A DNA stretch of 63,085 nucleotides from Hydrolagus affinis. Lineage: Eukaryota. The notes beneath the pieces are model-generated. The model did not search any database, was not told the origin of the DNA, and was given only the letters and a program-made list of their open reading frames with translations. The DNA lies in NCBI GenBank assembly GCA_012026655.1, contig JAAILG010001683.1:1-63085 (forward strand), read 5' to 3'. Below are positions 36,594 to 51,500 of the stretch, piece by piece (within the stretch, counting starts at the first letter, position 1; every line of letters begins with the position of its first letter). Made by a program: the position numbers and the translations under genes.

Positions 36594-39500
36594 GGCATGA
36601 CGTAACTGCAGTTCGAAAAAGTTCGAAAGTCAGCATTGTGCAGTTCATTTGACACATTATTCAAACTTCAGCATAAAGTTTGTCTTACACTGTTTGTTAA
36701 CCCACCTTCGGCTAAAAATTTTTACGAGCTACAATGTGATCGATTGTGCAGCATTAAATATCAGAGACCATGAAACTAAACTTGGCTGACATTGATGTTC
36801 CAACAACCTGAGGCCCTTTTTTAGAATTCAGATAATGTAGCAAAGGTTGTTTGTTCCATCAATATTTATCTTTTCACAGAGACTTCCCTTGTGGATTCCT
36901 GGAACATAGGACTGTGAAGCGTGTGTTACGATCAGCCAAGCTGTTTATTTTTTCTTGAAAGAATCTGAGAGTTAAGCAATATAAAAGGGCAAGACAAACC
37001 ACACTCAAATAAGCTGCAAGTATAATATCAAATTCATATAATAGTCGTTTCGTATTTCAAAAGTTCTTGAATGATGAACTATTCAACATTCACAAAAGTA
37101 CTCATCTAAAAAATAAAATAAATTGAATTATGATTCTTCAAGCAACATGAAATGCATTTTGTATAATGGCCTTTTGTGTTCAAGTTTGTACTACTAAGGA
37201 CACTCACAACAAAAACAACAAAATTAAATTTATAGAGTACCTTTCACTCAAGACTTGATGTACCAGGAATGATCACTGGTTACTGTGACATAAAGGGGCC
37301 ACTCAGACTCTCCTAAGTTTGCTGAGAGATGAACAACTGTGTCGCTCAGCGGGGATCGAGGGATGAGGTGCCAATATTAATAATCATTATAATATTTCAA
37401 TGGATATGATAGTACCTTTCATACCGGGAGGATTTCTCAAAGCGCTTCAAATGCTTTGCAGTGAAGTCTAGTAACTGTATTTTGTAGGTCACGAGGACTG
37501 AACGAATATTCTTTGGCTTTTTAGCCTTGAAAATAAATATATGTTGCAAAATAAACTGCAGAAAGTAGACCTGAAACAATACTTTAAAGTTTTTGAAAAC
37601 TTATTGCGTGCGCTGATGCACATGTGGGTTGAGTGGTGGGGGGAGGCAAGCAATGAAGGTGGCTATTTATTTTACTTCTACTTTGTTATTCTTTGCAAAG
37701 CACGCTGTCTAAAGGGCACTTTTGCTTCATTAAGCACACTAAATGGTTCTTTCAGTATCATTGCAGCTGTGATACAGTATGGGGTATGTATAATGCAATG
37801 TCACCACATCTGCTGCACATTTGAAGACTTGACTGCTGCTTTATGCTGCAAAAATTAAGCTCCCAGTTGGTCATTAGTACCCACTTGTCGCAGTTTTATA
37901 TTGATGGTTTGAGTGTTGCACATCCCCTGACCACGGGTTTGTGAACTTTGGGTTTGGCTGCCTTCTGCTCTCCAATTTGAATTGCCTCATTCAATGAAGT
38001 GAACATTTCACCAGATGCTTAAACAGCTTAAAAATCTTAGGCTACTGTTTAAGTTTCAGTTTTTTCCTCCCTTGTCTGCAAGAGAGTATAACCGTCAAAT
38101 AATTTCTAATGTGGTACAGTAGAAGCCCGTTTATCCGGCCCCTCGGGACCTGGCCAGTGCCGGTTAAAGCGCCTGCCGGATATTCGGCAGAAAACCCAAC
38201 ACAAAAAAACATTAAATTGTTTTTTTTTTATTGAAAACGTAGCATATTAATAATAGACTAAATAATCATTCATATGATAATATAATATATAAATAATAAT
38301 TATAATCATTTTACACACAGTGACTAGGCAATTCAGAGAGATCTTTAAACCAGTGCAAAAGTTACACGTCTGAATAACACTGTTCTCATTGGGGGCAGAA
38401 GAGAGTTATTGAGAAAGCAGAAAGTGAGAGGCGGCCACTCAGTTCAGTTAACTTTCTTTCCAAAAAGCCTTGCGATGCCTGTGTGTGTGTGTGTGTGTGT
38501 GCGAGTGTGCACTAACTTGAATCACTGCACTCTGTAAAACGAGCATTGCAGAGATGAGTCTTTTTTATTAAAATAAAAGCCAATGAATTGATCTGCAAGC
38601 TTTGCTCAGGGTGATTTGCTGTTTTGTGGCTAAATTAAATCTAAATTAATCAACTCACCCTGCTCTGCCTCTCAAAGAGTACACTCCGGAGAGTGCATTG
38701 CTTTACAGTACCAGCAGCATTCTGAGCTAGCGCCACCATCAGGCACCTAGTAGCAGCATTCCAAAATACTGACGCAACACAAAACACCCAAAAAATGCAT
38801 TTTTCTGGATAAATTCCGGTTAATCGAATGCGAGCTTTTTTTGCGGTGCCGGTTATACGGAAGTTACAGTTGATTGGGTCACGGATAAACGGGCTTCTAC
38901 TGTATTTTCAAAAGGCAGGTTTGATCAGGCCTTAGTACCAAGGTGAATCAAGTGGAAAGCACCAACAAAGTAAGGGGGTCAATAATTAGCAATGCGAGAG
39001 GTTGCTCCTAAATACACTGCTTGCTGCACTCCAGCGCTGCTGCCATCCTGATTTAATGTTTACCACTCAAGCTTTTTTGACAGGCTGTTATTTACGGTTT
39101 CTATTTTTTCACTCCATTTTCCACTTTATTGGAAGCAACTACCCAGAAAATAATGACCATTTGAAAGAAAAAAACAAGCCAAAAAAACAAGCTGGAAGAA
39201 TTTTCCAAACGAAAACCCTAACCATTGTTATGGTCATCATTTTGCTATTTACGAGAAAACCACGAGAAATTGATGGCACAGCAAAGTCCATTTGGCCTTT
39301 AGTGTCTTTCCTGTTTCCTCAATAAGAACCTTTTGCATGCCTTTTCTTATTTACCAAGACTCTCCTCTTCGATGGACCCATCCATCGGCAACTCCTAATC
39401 CCCCACTTCCCTCCCACACCCCATCCTCAGCTCGGGTCTGAAGCAGTAACTGTCCAGCACCTTAGGACGTCCCCCTGACGTGAAAGGCGCTATACAAGTG

Positions 39501-42500
39501 TAATTTTGTTGTTGTACCAGCATTTTCTCCATACCCTTATACTGAAGCTGTAAACTTGCTACATAACATAATAATCAAATTATTAATAGTAAATAATTCT
39601 TGCAATTGGTATAGCACCTTTTATGTCAGGTGTAATTGTCAAAGTACTTCCAAGATTTATAGTTAAGTGTTAGTGCACTGTGTATTTTGAAGGCGAACAC
39701 GGTAGCCAATTTGTGCATGGTATTGGTTAAACACCATGATTTTTATATAATGGTGACACATAATGATGACTGTATTTGGGTGTCTAAGAGGATCACTCAT
39801 ATGAGCTGAAGAGCATAATCTCTGAGAGCCACTGCAGACTCGATGGACCGCTGCTAAATTTTTGTGAATCTATGAATCTCTATTTACTCAGTCAATATTG
39901 CATTTGGCATATGTGTCGTATTACACAAGTAGCAATGGCTCATTTATTATCAAATGTGGGCTTCTATAAAAGCACCATAACGACCCAATTTCTGTGTCCT
40001 AATCTGGAAAGAATGCATTTTTGTGCCAATTTCTTTTGCATCTTTTGAAGTACAGTATAGACAAACAGGATTATTTTTGCTACCCGCACACTATAAATTT
40101 TTCAATGGAAGAGCCGCAGAAATTACAGAAAATGTTTACAAAAAATCGAGTCCCACAGAAAAATAGCGATAAAAATTCTCTGGGAGACCCAGACATATTG
40201 GCTGTGGAACCTGGAAAAGATTATACCAAAACATATTTTTCGAACAAAGTAAATCCAGTAAAGAGGAGATGGGGTGTATGAGGGAGTGGGGCAAAGAGTT
40301 CCAATTGACTTGTTGAAAAAGACTTATTAAATCTATTCTAAATTATTTTTAAAAAAACGTTACACTGCCAAACTCCAATTCTCCAGAGGAAAAAACTGCT
40401 TATATAAGTATCCTAGCCAGACAACTTTAATAGAAAGAAGGGAGTCTTATTTTCTGAAAAGCTAAAAGGATTATGATTTGATTTTAATACTCTTCTGCGT
40501 GTTTCCATTGCATTGTTTTTCTTAAAAATAAGGTAGATTGATTTGTGTTTCTACTATTTGTTGCATATCCCTTTGAAAAATTTATTGAAAACACAAACAA
40601 GGCTTTCTGTACAATGGGTCTTTGACTTTAAACCATATTAAAAGTGCTGGTCACGGTCTTATGTCAAGAATACTCTCAAGGCTTCAAGGCAGGGTGGTGG
40701 TGAAGCAAAGCATGTTCTTTTCCTGTTGATGTGCTGTGTTTGGTTGAGAATTTACAATGAGAAACCTTGATTGGTTTGCACCTGAGCTGATCACTGTCGA
40801 ATGAAGTTCATAGCGGCAAAATGTAATGTACGGCACACAGGAAATCAATTCATTGATTATAAACCTTATATGCCTTATATATTGGACAGTATGATGTTGT
40901 TATTTTATTTATTCTGGCTTTGTGGGCGCTAGGAGAGACACCTTGTTCCAAATATCAACAGAGATTAGAAGAAACAGACGAAAGGGCGAGTCTAATTTTC
41001 TTTTCACTCAGAATTTAGTTTGAAGCATTTGTTCTTTCAATTCGTGCTGTAGATGTTTAGATCGCTTTTACTTGACTGTAATGTTACATTTTCAATGGCA
41101 CAGTGTGTGTGCGCTTGTGTATCTGTGTGTGTGGAAAATTTAAGAAACCAGTTGGCTCCCATGGAAATTGTTATTTTCCAGGACCTTCCAACAGCCTAAG
41201 GTTTTAATAAAAGCACAGAGATTCATGGCATATAATGTAAATGTATATTACACTCTCTCACGCTCTATTAGCCACAGATACTAGTACCAGTGAGTCTGAC
41301 AAACACTGATCATCTGAGACTATGCAGAAAAAGCCCAACTTTTTTCAATGATTGATGCTGGCATACTCTATAATAATAATAATAATGCTTGCATTTGATA
41401 TAGCACTTTTCACATCTTGTAGACAACTCAAAGAGCTTTAGAGAATATACTGTAAAGTGAATTGACTGTATATTTGTAGGTGAAACGCAGCAGGCAATAG
41501 TGCTGGTTCCTTTGATGAAGATAACTACTCTAATTCCAATCCACTATATGTTCAAAGCAACACTAACATTTTCTCATTTAAAAATATTTCCATATCTTAA
41601 AAGATATCCTGTGTTTAACCTGGCAACAACATTGGCCAAGAAACCACAAGAGCTCTGTTATTTCATTTCTACGTACACAATGATTAACGTATGAAGCAAT
41701 CTTGCAAATAAATGTATTTTTTTTACTGACGCCAATTTTATACTGGCCTACTGATGGTTTCACACAATAACATAATAATCAGAACAAATCTGATTATGTC
41801 ATTGTATTTATTCAGTATAACCTGACAATACACATCTGTATTAGGATAGTCTCTGATATACACAAACTTGTTTTTATTTGGCCAATACAATGTTAAAATA
41901 TATCCATCAATTTTGAATTATTTCTGCACATACAGCAAATTTTACATATGTAGCGGCCAGATAAATATTTTCAGTTTGTCTTTCTCCTATCTTAAAAAAA
42001 GTTTATTTGAACTAAATGTTATTATTTGAACTAAATGTTATTATTTGAACTAAATGTTATTATTATATTATTACAAATGGTTATTTTAATGGATATTTCT
42101 AGTTTATTTGAACTAATTAAACTTAGCAATTCAGATGGAATAGTGATGGGGGAGGATAAGGAATTCTGAAAATAACATGTCGATAAAGGGAAACGTTCCA
42201 CCATCTGGAAGATGTCAGCTCATATAATTCATTCTGAGACCTTAAGAATGTCATAACAATGAATTTCACTTACAGCATCTGTTCACTAGGAGTCATTAGT
42301 ATTTTTTGTATGTCTGCAAGTATTATACGTTCAAAAATTAAGACCTATATTACTCATTGTAGTGCTGGTTTCCAACATTTTCTGTTGGGCTTCAACGGCT
42401 CAAATTAATTTGTCTTTGCGATGGATCTCTCCCAACAATTCTCAAACCCCTCAACCTGACTGTGAACACTGGTTCCAGCGAGTCTCACAATCACTGGTCA

Positions 42501-45500
42501 TCTGGGAGAATGCAGGACAAATGTACTGTTCTTTCATTACTGACAAAAGTAGAAGTACTCTTTAGGGTGCTTCTTATATAGCCAAATGTAGCATTATCTG
42601 GGACGGAGTGACAGAACGTGTCATCACTCATACAGCTCTAGCTGGGGCCACTGTGATTGCAACCGTGGTGAAAGGAGCTTCAATCAGAATGTCATTACCA
42701 ACGCAAAGAGATGATCGTTGCATGCAACAACCCACCCCGCCCACACCACCCTTTCCCAAAAACTAGTTGAAATAGGCCTAATTTACAGGTTACTTGCCCA
42801 TGTTATCTGCCCAGAGCATTGCCGACAATACAATCAGTAATGCTCAGCGACTCTCTGCAATGGTGTTTCCGCCCAGACGATGAACTCAAACAACAACAAA
42901 TTACATTTATAGAGCGCCTTTCACGTCGGGAGGACGTCCAAAGTCCCGACATGAGCACGAACCCACAATCTTCTGACTCTAGAATGCTACCAGATGAGCT
43001 AGGCTGATGACTTTGATGCTAAATCATGGCTTGGGCATTAGGCAACATTTCTGTCAAATTAAGCCCCCAGTGATTCTCTACTTTTGGTGAGTTTCCATTT
43101 GCTGATTTGTGGCATTACTCCAGGAAGTTCTGCTGAGACAGGGAGGGAGAAAATAAAGCAAGTAACCAGAGTACCATTCTCATGCACCTTCTGCCAGGAA
43201 GATTATAAATTGTAATAGCTGAGGTTTCAGACCTCATTTACCAGACTTAGTTGGTAATGGGAGGCTGAGCACAGTAATATAATATAAAATAAGGGTGTCC
43301 ATGGTGACTATTGAGCAATATAATAATAATGATAATAATAACACTTGCATTTGATAAAGCACTTTTCACGTCTTCTTGACGTCTCAAAGCGCTTCACAGA
43401 ATATACTGGAAAGTGAATTGACTGCATATATGTGGGCGAAACGCAGTAGCCAATTGCGCACAGCAGTGTCCTATTAATAGTGGTGGAGCCTGGCACCGAG
43501 CTGGGAGATGCTGATTGTAAGCTCAGTCAAAGAGGATTGACTCCAGGCATATTCTGAAAAAGGGGAAGGAGGGCGCAAGGTGGAGGGATAGAGGGAGAGT
43601 GTACTAGCTTTGGGGCATAGTGGCTGAAAGCCCAAGACTATGAAATCAAATACATTTGAGGAGCTTGAACTCTTAACAAAAAAAACTTGCATTTAGGGAT
43701 CCAGGTTGAAAAGTCCCAAAACTATTTAAAAAGTTTAAAATGTGAAAGAATGCATGTATTTACCACTTCATCCAGTGTAAATAACAGACAGGGTAATCAG
43801 AATGCTGTAATATTTAGTGACCATTGACAATTTTTTGCTTTACCTACCCATAAAATGTCATCCTGTGGTAGCCAATCCTCTCGATCACTTTGGTAACTTG
43901 TCCCTTTTCCGTCGGAGCACCTTTCAGCACTGCCATTCCTACTCTCCGAAGACTCCTGAGCCACTGATACGCAACTTCATCGTCATTGAGCACCCCATCA
44001 AAGGTGGTTGTAGGAATCTGGAGGTCTGAGCCCCAGTACTGCTTCTCTGTAAAACAAAAGATTGAAAATCCAGATCAGCTTGTGTTGCACTATAAACACA
44101 AGATGGTAGTGTTCTTTGCAAGAACCATAAAATACTATGAGCAACCAAGTCAATGGAGGTAAAAAATCTATATATTTTAAAAATACCCTGTTAGGGTGTA
44201 CACTAAAAGAGCAATCTTTTAGTAATGCAGCTTACCTGAACTCCAAACAAGAATCTAATAGTAATCCTTGCATTTGATGTAGCGCTGCTTCACAGAATAC
44301 TGTATACTGTAAAGTGAATTGACTATATATTTGTGGGTGAAATGCGGCAGCCAACCCGTCGTGAATTGAGTGACCACATTATTATTGGGGGGTTTTCTTG
44401 AGGGATTATTATCAGGCGTGTGGGGTAAGGAAACTTGCCAAAGATTTGGCCCTACTGGAAACAAAAACCAGGTCTCTTGCCTGCGAGGCGAGTGCTCTAA
44501 CCACTGTGTCTCCGCATACAATGTTTGTTGGTGGAGAGCTACTGTTGATCCAATGGAGTGTGGCTAATGAAATGTTAGAATGTGAATTAAGATAAGTTCT
44601 GGATATTTAAATGTTCTGTTTGAAGAGCCACTTACTCACACAGAGGGAGATCTTATTTCTGGGTGCTCAGCTATTAGTGGTCTGACATACCTTGTAATGG
44701 CCACTTACAGAATAAGCACTAGTGGGATCTTGGTTTCTTGCCCAGGAAACAATAGGAGTTGTTAATGATGGACTGTTCATAAAAGTCTCAACAAGTCGTT
44801 CATTGTGTGCTTATGAGAGAAATTCAGTTTTACAACAAAGAAGGAACGACTCTCTGCATTTAGTGAATGGTACATTATAGCGACAATTGCTTACAGGAAG
44901 GAGTTGAGAGAAATCTTGTTCATTAATACAAGTATTTAATATTCATTATGTAGTTTACGAATGAAGCAGCTGGCGGTACACAGGTGAATGCCAGAGTGAA
45001 CATTATCTAAATCCAGGCCAACTAATACATTTATGAGACTGCAGCCTCAGAATTGTTTCTTTTTACCAGGGGGCGAGTATGAATTCTTGCATCTGTAATG
45101 TGATGTGTATACAAAACAACTGAAGAGCCTGTTAAGCTTGTTTAAGCTTGTGTTTTTCTGACACCCAGAAGAAAAGCTTCCCGCATCTTGTGATCCATAT
45201 CACAAGCAATGCTCAGAGTTACACCAGTGGTAGGAATGAGATGTACCCAGAACAATGCAGTCACACATTGCGATGGGATTTTTCGGCAGACATTGCAACG
45301 CGATTTGGCAAATTAGAACCCAGTACAGGCACAACACAGCATCGTAATAACACCAATAATCCTTTCATTTATTTCAAGTGTTACGATAGATTAAGAGCCC
45401 AAATACAGTACTCTCCTCGGTACAGGTCGGGTCTAGCAAACTCTGGAGTTGTAGCCGATTGTATTAGTTTTGTTTTATCTTACATTTCTCCTTCATTTGA

Positions 45501-48500
45501 TTTCACACAACACATAACAGCAACATTTCCTCTGGACAAAAAGAACCAGAGATGAAGCCAAGCAGAGAGAGAGAAAGGGGGAGGTGGGGAGAGAGCAGGT
45601 GTGATCCTTAAATGGCTCCAAAATGGTAGCAATTGTACTTGCAGTATTCTCTTGTGGGTGGCCCAGTTTTGTTTTCATTTGAGATGTATTATTCTCATCA
45701 CCTCTTCCTTTGACTTGCAAGTAAGTGATCGGAATGACGTCACAGAACTCACAAGGTCATTAGAATACCTTTGACTCAGAACAAGAGGAGCTTAGCTCTA
45801 GGGATCGTATTTGACTGTCTTAGTGCCAACGCAGCAATGATCTGTTTGCTGCCAAGAGACAAAGAAAATGTTGGTTGGAGCCTGAGTTGGCCTCCGCAAT
45901 TCCAGTTTGTTCACCTCAAAATGTGTGTGCTGGAAATGTTGAAAGCATTAGGTAAAAAGTGGCTACTGTGTGTTGCAGAAATGTGGTGTGACTGGCTGAT
46001 AGACTATATTGTGGCGCTCCTGTGGCTCAGTGGTTAGAGCACTTGTCTTGCAAGCTGGGGAGACCAAGCTGGGGAGATCTGTGTTCGAGGTCAGGGCGAA
46101 ACCTTGGGCAAGTTTCCTTACTCCACACGCCTAATAATAATCCCTCCAAAAAAAACCCACAATAATAAAATTGGTCATTTCAAAAATCCACGATTGGGTG
46201 TGGGACACTGCTGTGCGCATATGGCTGCCGCGATTCGCCCACAATAAAATGTGGAAAGCGCTACATCAAATGCAAGGATTATTATTATTATTATTACCAC
46301 CATTTATAACATAGTACAATTGGACAGGCAACACATATTATTGAAAACTCAACATGTGACAACTTGGCCTTTCATTTTAACACATGTTAAACCATGGCAC
46401 AAGAGCATTCCGAATCTTTGACATCCTCAGATAAATGGTGTCCTATCATTTATGACTTATACAGAATATGAAAGTTGGCACATTCCCTTTGTAAACGTCA
46501 GCATCTGAAACTTCAATAAACCAAATTTAGCAAGCTTCGGTGAGTTGGAATAGTGTAGAATGCATACAGCTGATGCCTCCAATGCTGGGTTTTTATAAGG
46601 TACTCTTGAAAAATCTGTAAAATAAATAAATGGACGCTATGAAAAATGTTACGGGAGGCCTACAAGCGAGGGACTTAACTGAAAATATTTCACGAGCATT
46701 GCAGGGTAACCGGTTCCTCAAAGCCATAGCAGTAAAGTCACTCCATCAACATCAATCCTTGCCATTTTCTCATTGGATTCCGTCTTTATATCATGGGGAG
46801 TGCAGGTATCCCACAGTCTAGATCCGAAACCATATCCCTTAAAGTCACAAACATTTGGAGCCCAATGCCTCCGAAGAACTTTGAAACATTTTGCTGCTGT
46901 CTTTTGGGGATTAGTATTGCAAAGTAAGACTGCAAAAGACAGGAAATTGTTGGGAGGGCCTTTTAAATCATCTTGTTGACAGAATGTTTTCAGTGATTTA
47001 AATTTAAGCATTAACAGATTAAATTACAATGTATAAAGACTAGTTTTACCCGACATCTCAATTAGAATATTTATATAATCTTAACTCCAGACTATGTTAT
47101 GATATTATTATTATTATATATAGAGCAAGGTGTAAGATTTTTTTTAGTGGGAGAGTATTACTTGTTTCCAATTCATTAAAAAGGTGGACAAATATAAGCC
47201 TTGTATGTAGTTGAATTTTAAATAGCAACAACATGCTGTGAACTGCCTCTGATTTAAGATTCCCGGGGGTGTACAATACATGGAGTAGTGTGAGTTGGGA
47301 GCATCCAAAGTGGTTAACTAAAGAAAGGCTCTCATTGAGGGGACTGACTTCTGTTTTAGAAGTGGACTGACTTACTGTGTGTTCTTATAAGAAGAAATGT
47401 TCAATACTTTAGGGACTGATCAGTAACCTTTATGGTTGGTCGACGAACGCATTTTTCTGTATTTAATTTTTCTTCACTGTTGGCCACACTATCAAGGTTA
47501 TCAAAGCTCAGTCAAAGCTCACCATAACTTTGGTGCAACTGGTGAGGGTGTTTGACCAGCTACATCTTGACGCTCCCCAATAAATTGTTTGCGATCAATT
47601 GGTTGGAGACCCCTGCTCTATAGGTTTTGTGAATAAATGTCAATGACAGCTGTGAAGGCGATATGTGTTCAAAAACTGTACAAATCGGAGGAGTAAAGCA
47701 ATTTTAATATCACCATTGTAAAATACCATTACTCCTCTGATGTTACATATACGTAAGTATAGTACAGTCAGAGTCAATGCTACTGTGTTTGTAGATCAAT
47801 TGAACAACTATAGCTGGATAATGTAGTTATTTGCAGGTGGCATCTGACATCACCAGTATAAAGCACACCAAAATCACTTTAATAACAATTGGAAAAAGGG
47901 TAACGGCTTAACAATACTGGCCTTATTCACTGCAATTTCCATCTGCTGTCATCGTCAACCTTTGTGAACGTCAGCCTTGTGGTCAGGATAATAATAATAA
48001 TAATCTTTGCATTTCATATAGCTCTTTTCACATCTTCCAGATGTCTCAAAGCACTTCACAGAATATACTGTAAATTGAATTGACTGTATATTTGTGGGTG
48101 AAACGTGGCAGCCAATTGCGCACAGCTGTGTCCCACAAACAGTCATGGATTGAAATGAACAATGTATTATAGTTTTTTTGAGGGATTATTATTAGGGGTG
48201 TGGAGTAAGGAAACTTGCCCAAGGTTTCGCCCTGCCGGGAATTGAGGGTCTCTTGTTTGTAAGGCGAGTGCTCTAACCTCTGAGCTACAGGATGATATGA
48301 GCAATTTAGAATATTGGTCAACAACCAAATGGTGCCATTAAATATGACAAAAGGAATTCATATAAATGTTGTTGCCACATACACTCAGTTATTTATGATG
48401 TATCTTACATTACAGATGCATTTACAGGACCATAAACCAAATATTTTCTTATCGTTGAATTCCAAGTTTTCCAATTCCCAGAACTATTCAAATCTGGTTA

Positions 48501-51500
48501 AAAAAAAAAACTTTCCATTCAGCTCATATAATTGCTTCACAAAAAATGGTGTGTAAGTCACAATTGTCTGTGTAGATAAAACATTGTTCATTATTGTTTC
48601 CAACATTTGGGGAATACATTTATTTTACAATTAGAGTGGAAACTTAAAGGATTTGGCACTTTTATTGGTGCCTCAAAAATAATTTGAAAAATTAGATTGC
48701 TAAAACTCCTGCTCACAAATCTACAGTTATGTAAAAACTCTGTATTTGGAAATGAAGAGCACCCCTTTTGAGTGACTCCGAACAGGACAATTCTGATGAA
48801 TACTCTGTATGCTTTCCTGTGGATATACAAGCAGGAATGTGCTATGTGAACTGTACTCGCTCTGCCATGTGTGTTAACAATTCTACTGTGAATCAGCTGT
48901 AAATTTAAACAAATGTGAACTGGCATTTGCAGTGTAAACTGGGATTAAGTCAAATCTGGAAACCATTAGAGGACCCCAGTAATCGCAGAAATAACTGACT
49001 ATATTCCCAGATGAAGCAACTGATCACCAAGCTGCTTCCTATGCTGCATTGTGAACTCACAGGATTTGGAAAACACGAATAGGTCTTGGGGTAGTCATAC
49101 TGCAGATTTTATGTCAGTCGACATTAAAAATGCAGAGAAATGATGCAAAACCGAAGTGTAGCTTGGTTTAGAATAGCAACCTCAGCGTAAAAATCTCCCT
49201 CCAATTTGGATCACGTCCATCAATGATTCTCAAAGAGTGCAATTGGGGTCACAAATTTGGTTCAGAGTCATTCTGGAAAACTAATCTTGTCTCATTTTAC
49301 AAAGCGAATTAGCGAGAAGGTCACACAATTTAAAGAGAGACGAGCATTCCAAACTTTAAACCTTTGCAAACAGGTCAAATACCTCTCACAAGAATAAAAT
49401 TCAGTGTAAATGAAGGAAAAGTGGTTGCTTTGCACTGGTAAGCTTTTTCTCTTCCCAGTTCTGAAAAGAATATACAAAATGCCAGCCTCCCTCTCTCCCT
49501 CTTTTGCTCTCTGCTGATTTCATTTGCTTTGTGGCAAATGATTTACTTGTGAGCGCTACATACACGTGCTGCATTCATTGCACAAGATAAAATGAATCTT
49601 GAAAATAATTTACATTTTGATCTTGAGCATTCAGCACTGTTGTGGCAGCCATTTTGTTCCTTTCAGACTTTGCTTTTTAAAACAATGTTTTTATCATTTG
49701 TTTTGCTTTTCAACAAACAAAAAAATTAATTTATTTTCAATACAGCCCTCTCCTTCAATAACTCAAAATAGCTTGATGAAAAGAGACTGCTGCCAGGCTC
49801 TCTCTTGCTCTCAATTATTTTCAACTACATTATGTTATTTCTGCTAATAGGAGAAAAATTGGATTGAGGGTTGTTTATTCAGCAAGTCAAAAGCCTCACT
49901 TGTAGGGTGGTCCCAGCTCTTAGTGTTGTACACTTTCTGTTTCTCCTCCTACCCTTCCCCCCAATCCAGACTGCTACCAATCATTCTGGTAGGAATCAGC
50001 ACCTAGGGAAGGGGAAAGGTGAGCTCAGCAGAGAACATTCTTGTTATGACTTGAAGGCACAAATCTTTCACAAATGTTGTACTTGGCATTTTATGTTACC
50101 AATGCACAGGGGGGCGGTGGGGGGGGGGGGATCTGGACCATTGATCATCTCCAATCTTGTCTGTTCGGGATGTCTGTAATCCCAACAATTGACAATTTAC
50201 TTCAGTCCGATTGGCTTCTGTTTTGGCCTGCTGGCCGTCTCGACACATGTGGAAAGCCGTAATCATACTTTAGGGTCTGCAAATCCAACTTTTAAAAGGT
50301 CTACAGATGTAGTGTTTCACGTTTTGGCTAGTACGGATTGTGCACTCTCTCTCTCTCTCAATCTCACCCCGGAGGGATGTACCATTTAGCTAATCATGTA
50401 ATTTCAGGTAAAGGTTGGCAACAGCTATGGCTAGGGACCTCCAGAATGTGATTTGTATACAAGAGTATAAATTGGTCCCATAGCCTCAGGAGGATGTTCC
50501 AGCACGTTGGGACGTTTCCCCCTAACGCGTGGGGAGCTATACAGATGTAAATTGTTGTTATTGTTTAACCACTTTAAAACTTGTTTGCTATTGTGAACAC
50601 TGGCAATCTTCCCGCTACTTTTCTGGCTAGGACACTCTCTATTAGTTAGGGTTGGATTTGCTGGTTCAACGCGAGCTGAATGCAACGAATTGGAAGTGAT
50701 CAGCCAGTTTCTCACAAGTCCTGCTAACGAGCCAGGTAGCCTGGTTGGTCCATCATGCACTCGGCCGAGCTCAGAAACTGGACGACCAACATCGTCGCAA
50801 AGGACTGACCTTAGATTGCATAAAACACTTAGAAAAACTTAATTCATTACCTTAGATGTCACATAGTTGCTGATTTGCGGTACAGCATTTTTTCCAAGGT
50901 TAGATTCAACTTGGATTTAAATCTGGAAAGCAGCACTGATGACAGGCTTATGGAAAACGGTAACTTTTTGGGGAAAACATCTAATTGAGTAATGAAGGAG
51001 CTGGATGTATTGCAGAAGGAGAGATTGATAGACATGTTGAAAAGGTAGATAAGTGTCATCGAGAGCAATCGATCAGGTTTGTTTGGCATAATGGTATTTT
51101 CCCCTTTCCTTAAAGCCCATACGCAAGATTGGATTTGTACCAAAATTGGAAAGAACCTCTCCATCTGGTCATTTTCATATGATTTCTCTTTGGAATCGAT
51201 TCAATGCAAATGCAGACCAAGAAAGAATCTAACACATAACTTTCTCCTCTGGAGCGCACTGCTAAGAATCAGGTGCCAAGGGATACTGATTCAACAGCAA
51301 CAACTGACATTTAAACATCACTCTACTCCAGGGGTAGTAACTCATTGACAAGTCCGTGACAAACAGCAGTATGTTTGATTGGAATATCAGGACACAATTA
51401 TGGGTTATGCTTCGAAAGGTTTGAGGTCTGTTGTTTTGCAAAATGTAGCAAGTCAAAGAGTAACGTGGAAAGTGGTATTTTTTTTAATGGGCTTGTGACC

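Noticed and set aside
36430-36664. ORFs with NQSI repeats
   Set aside because: Translation of the (GATT)n microsatellite.
42003-42059. CRISPR-like array
   Set aside because: Directly tandem repeats without spacers in a vertebrate intron.
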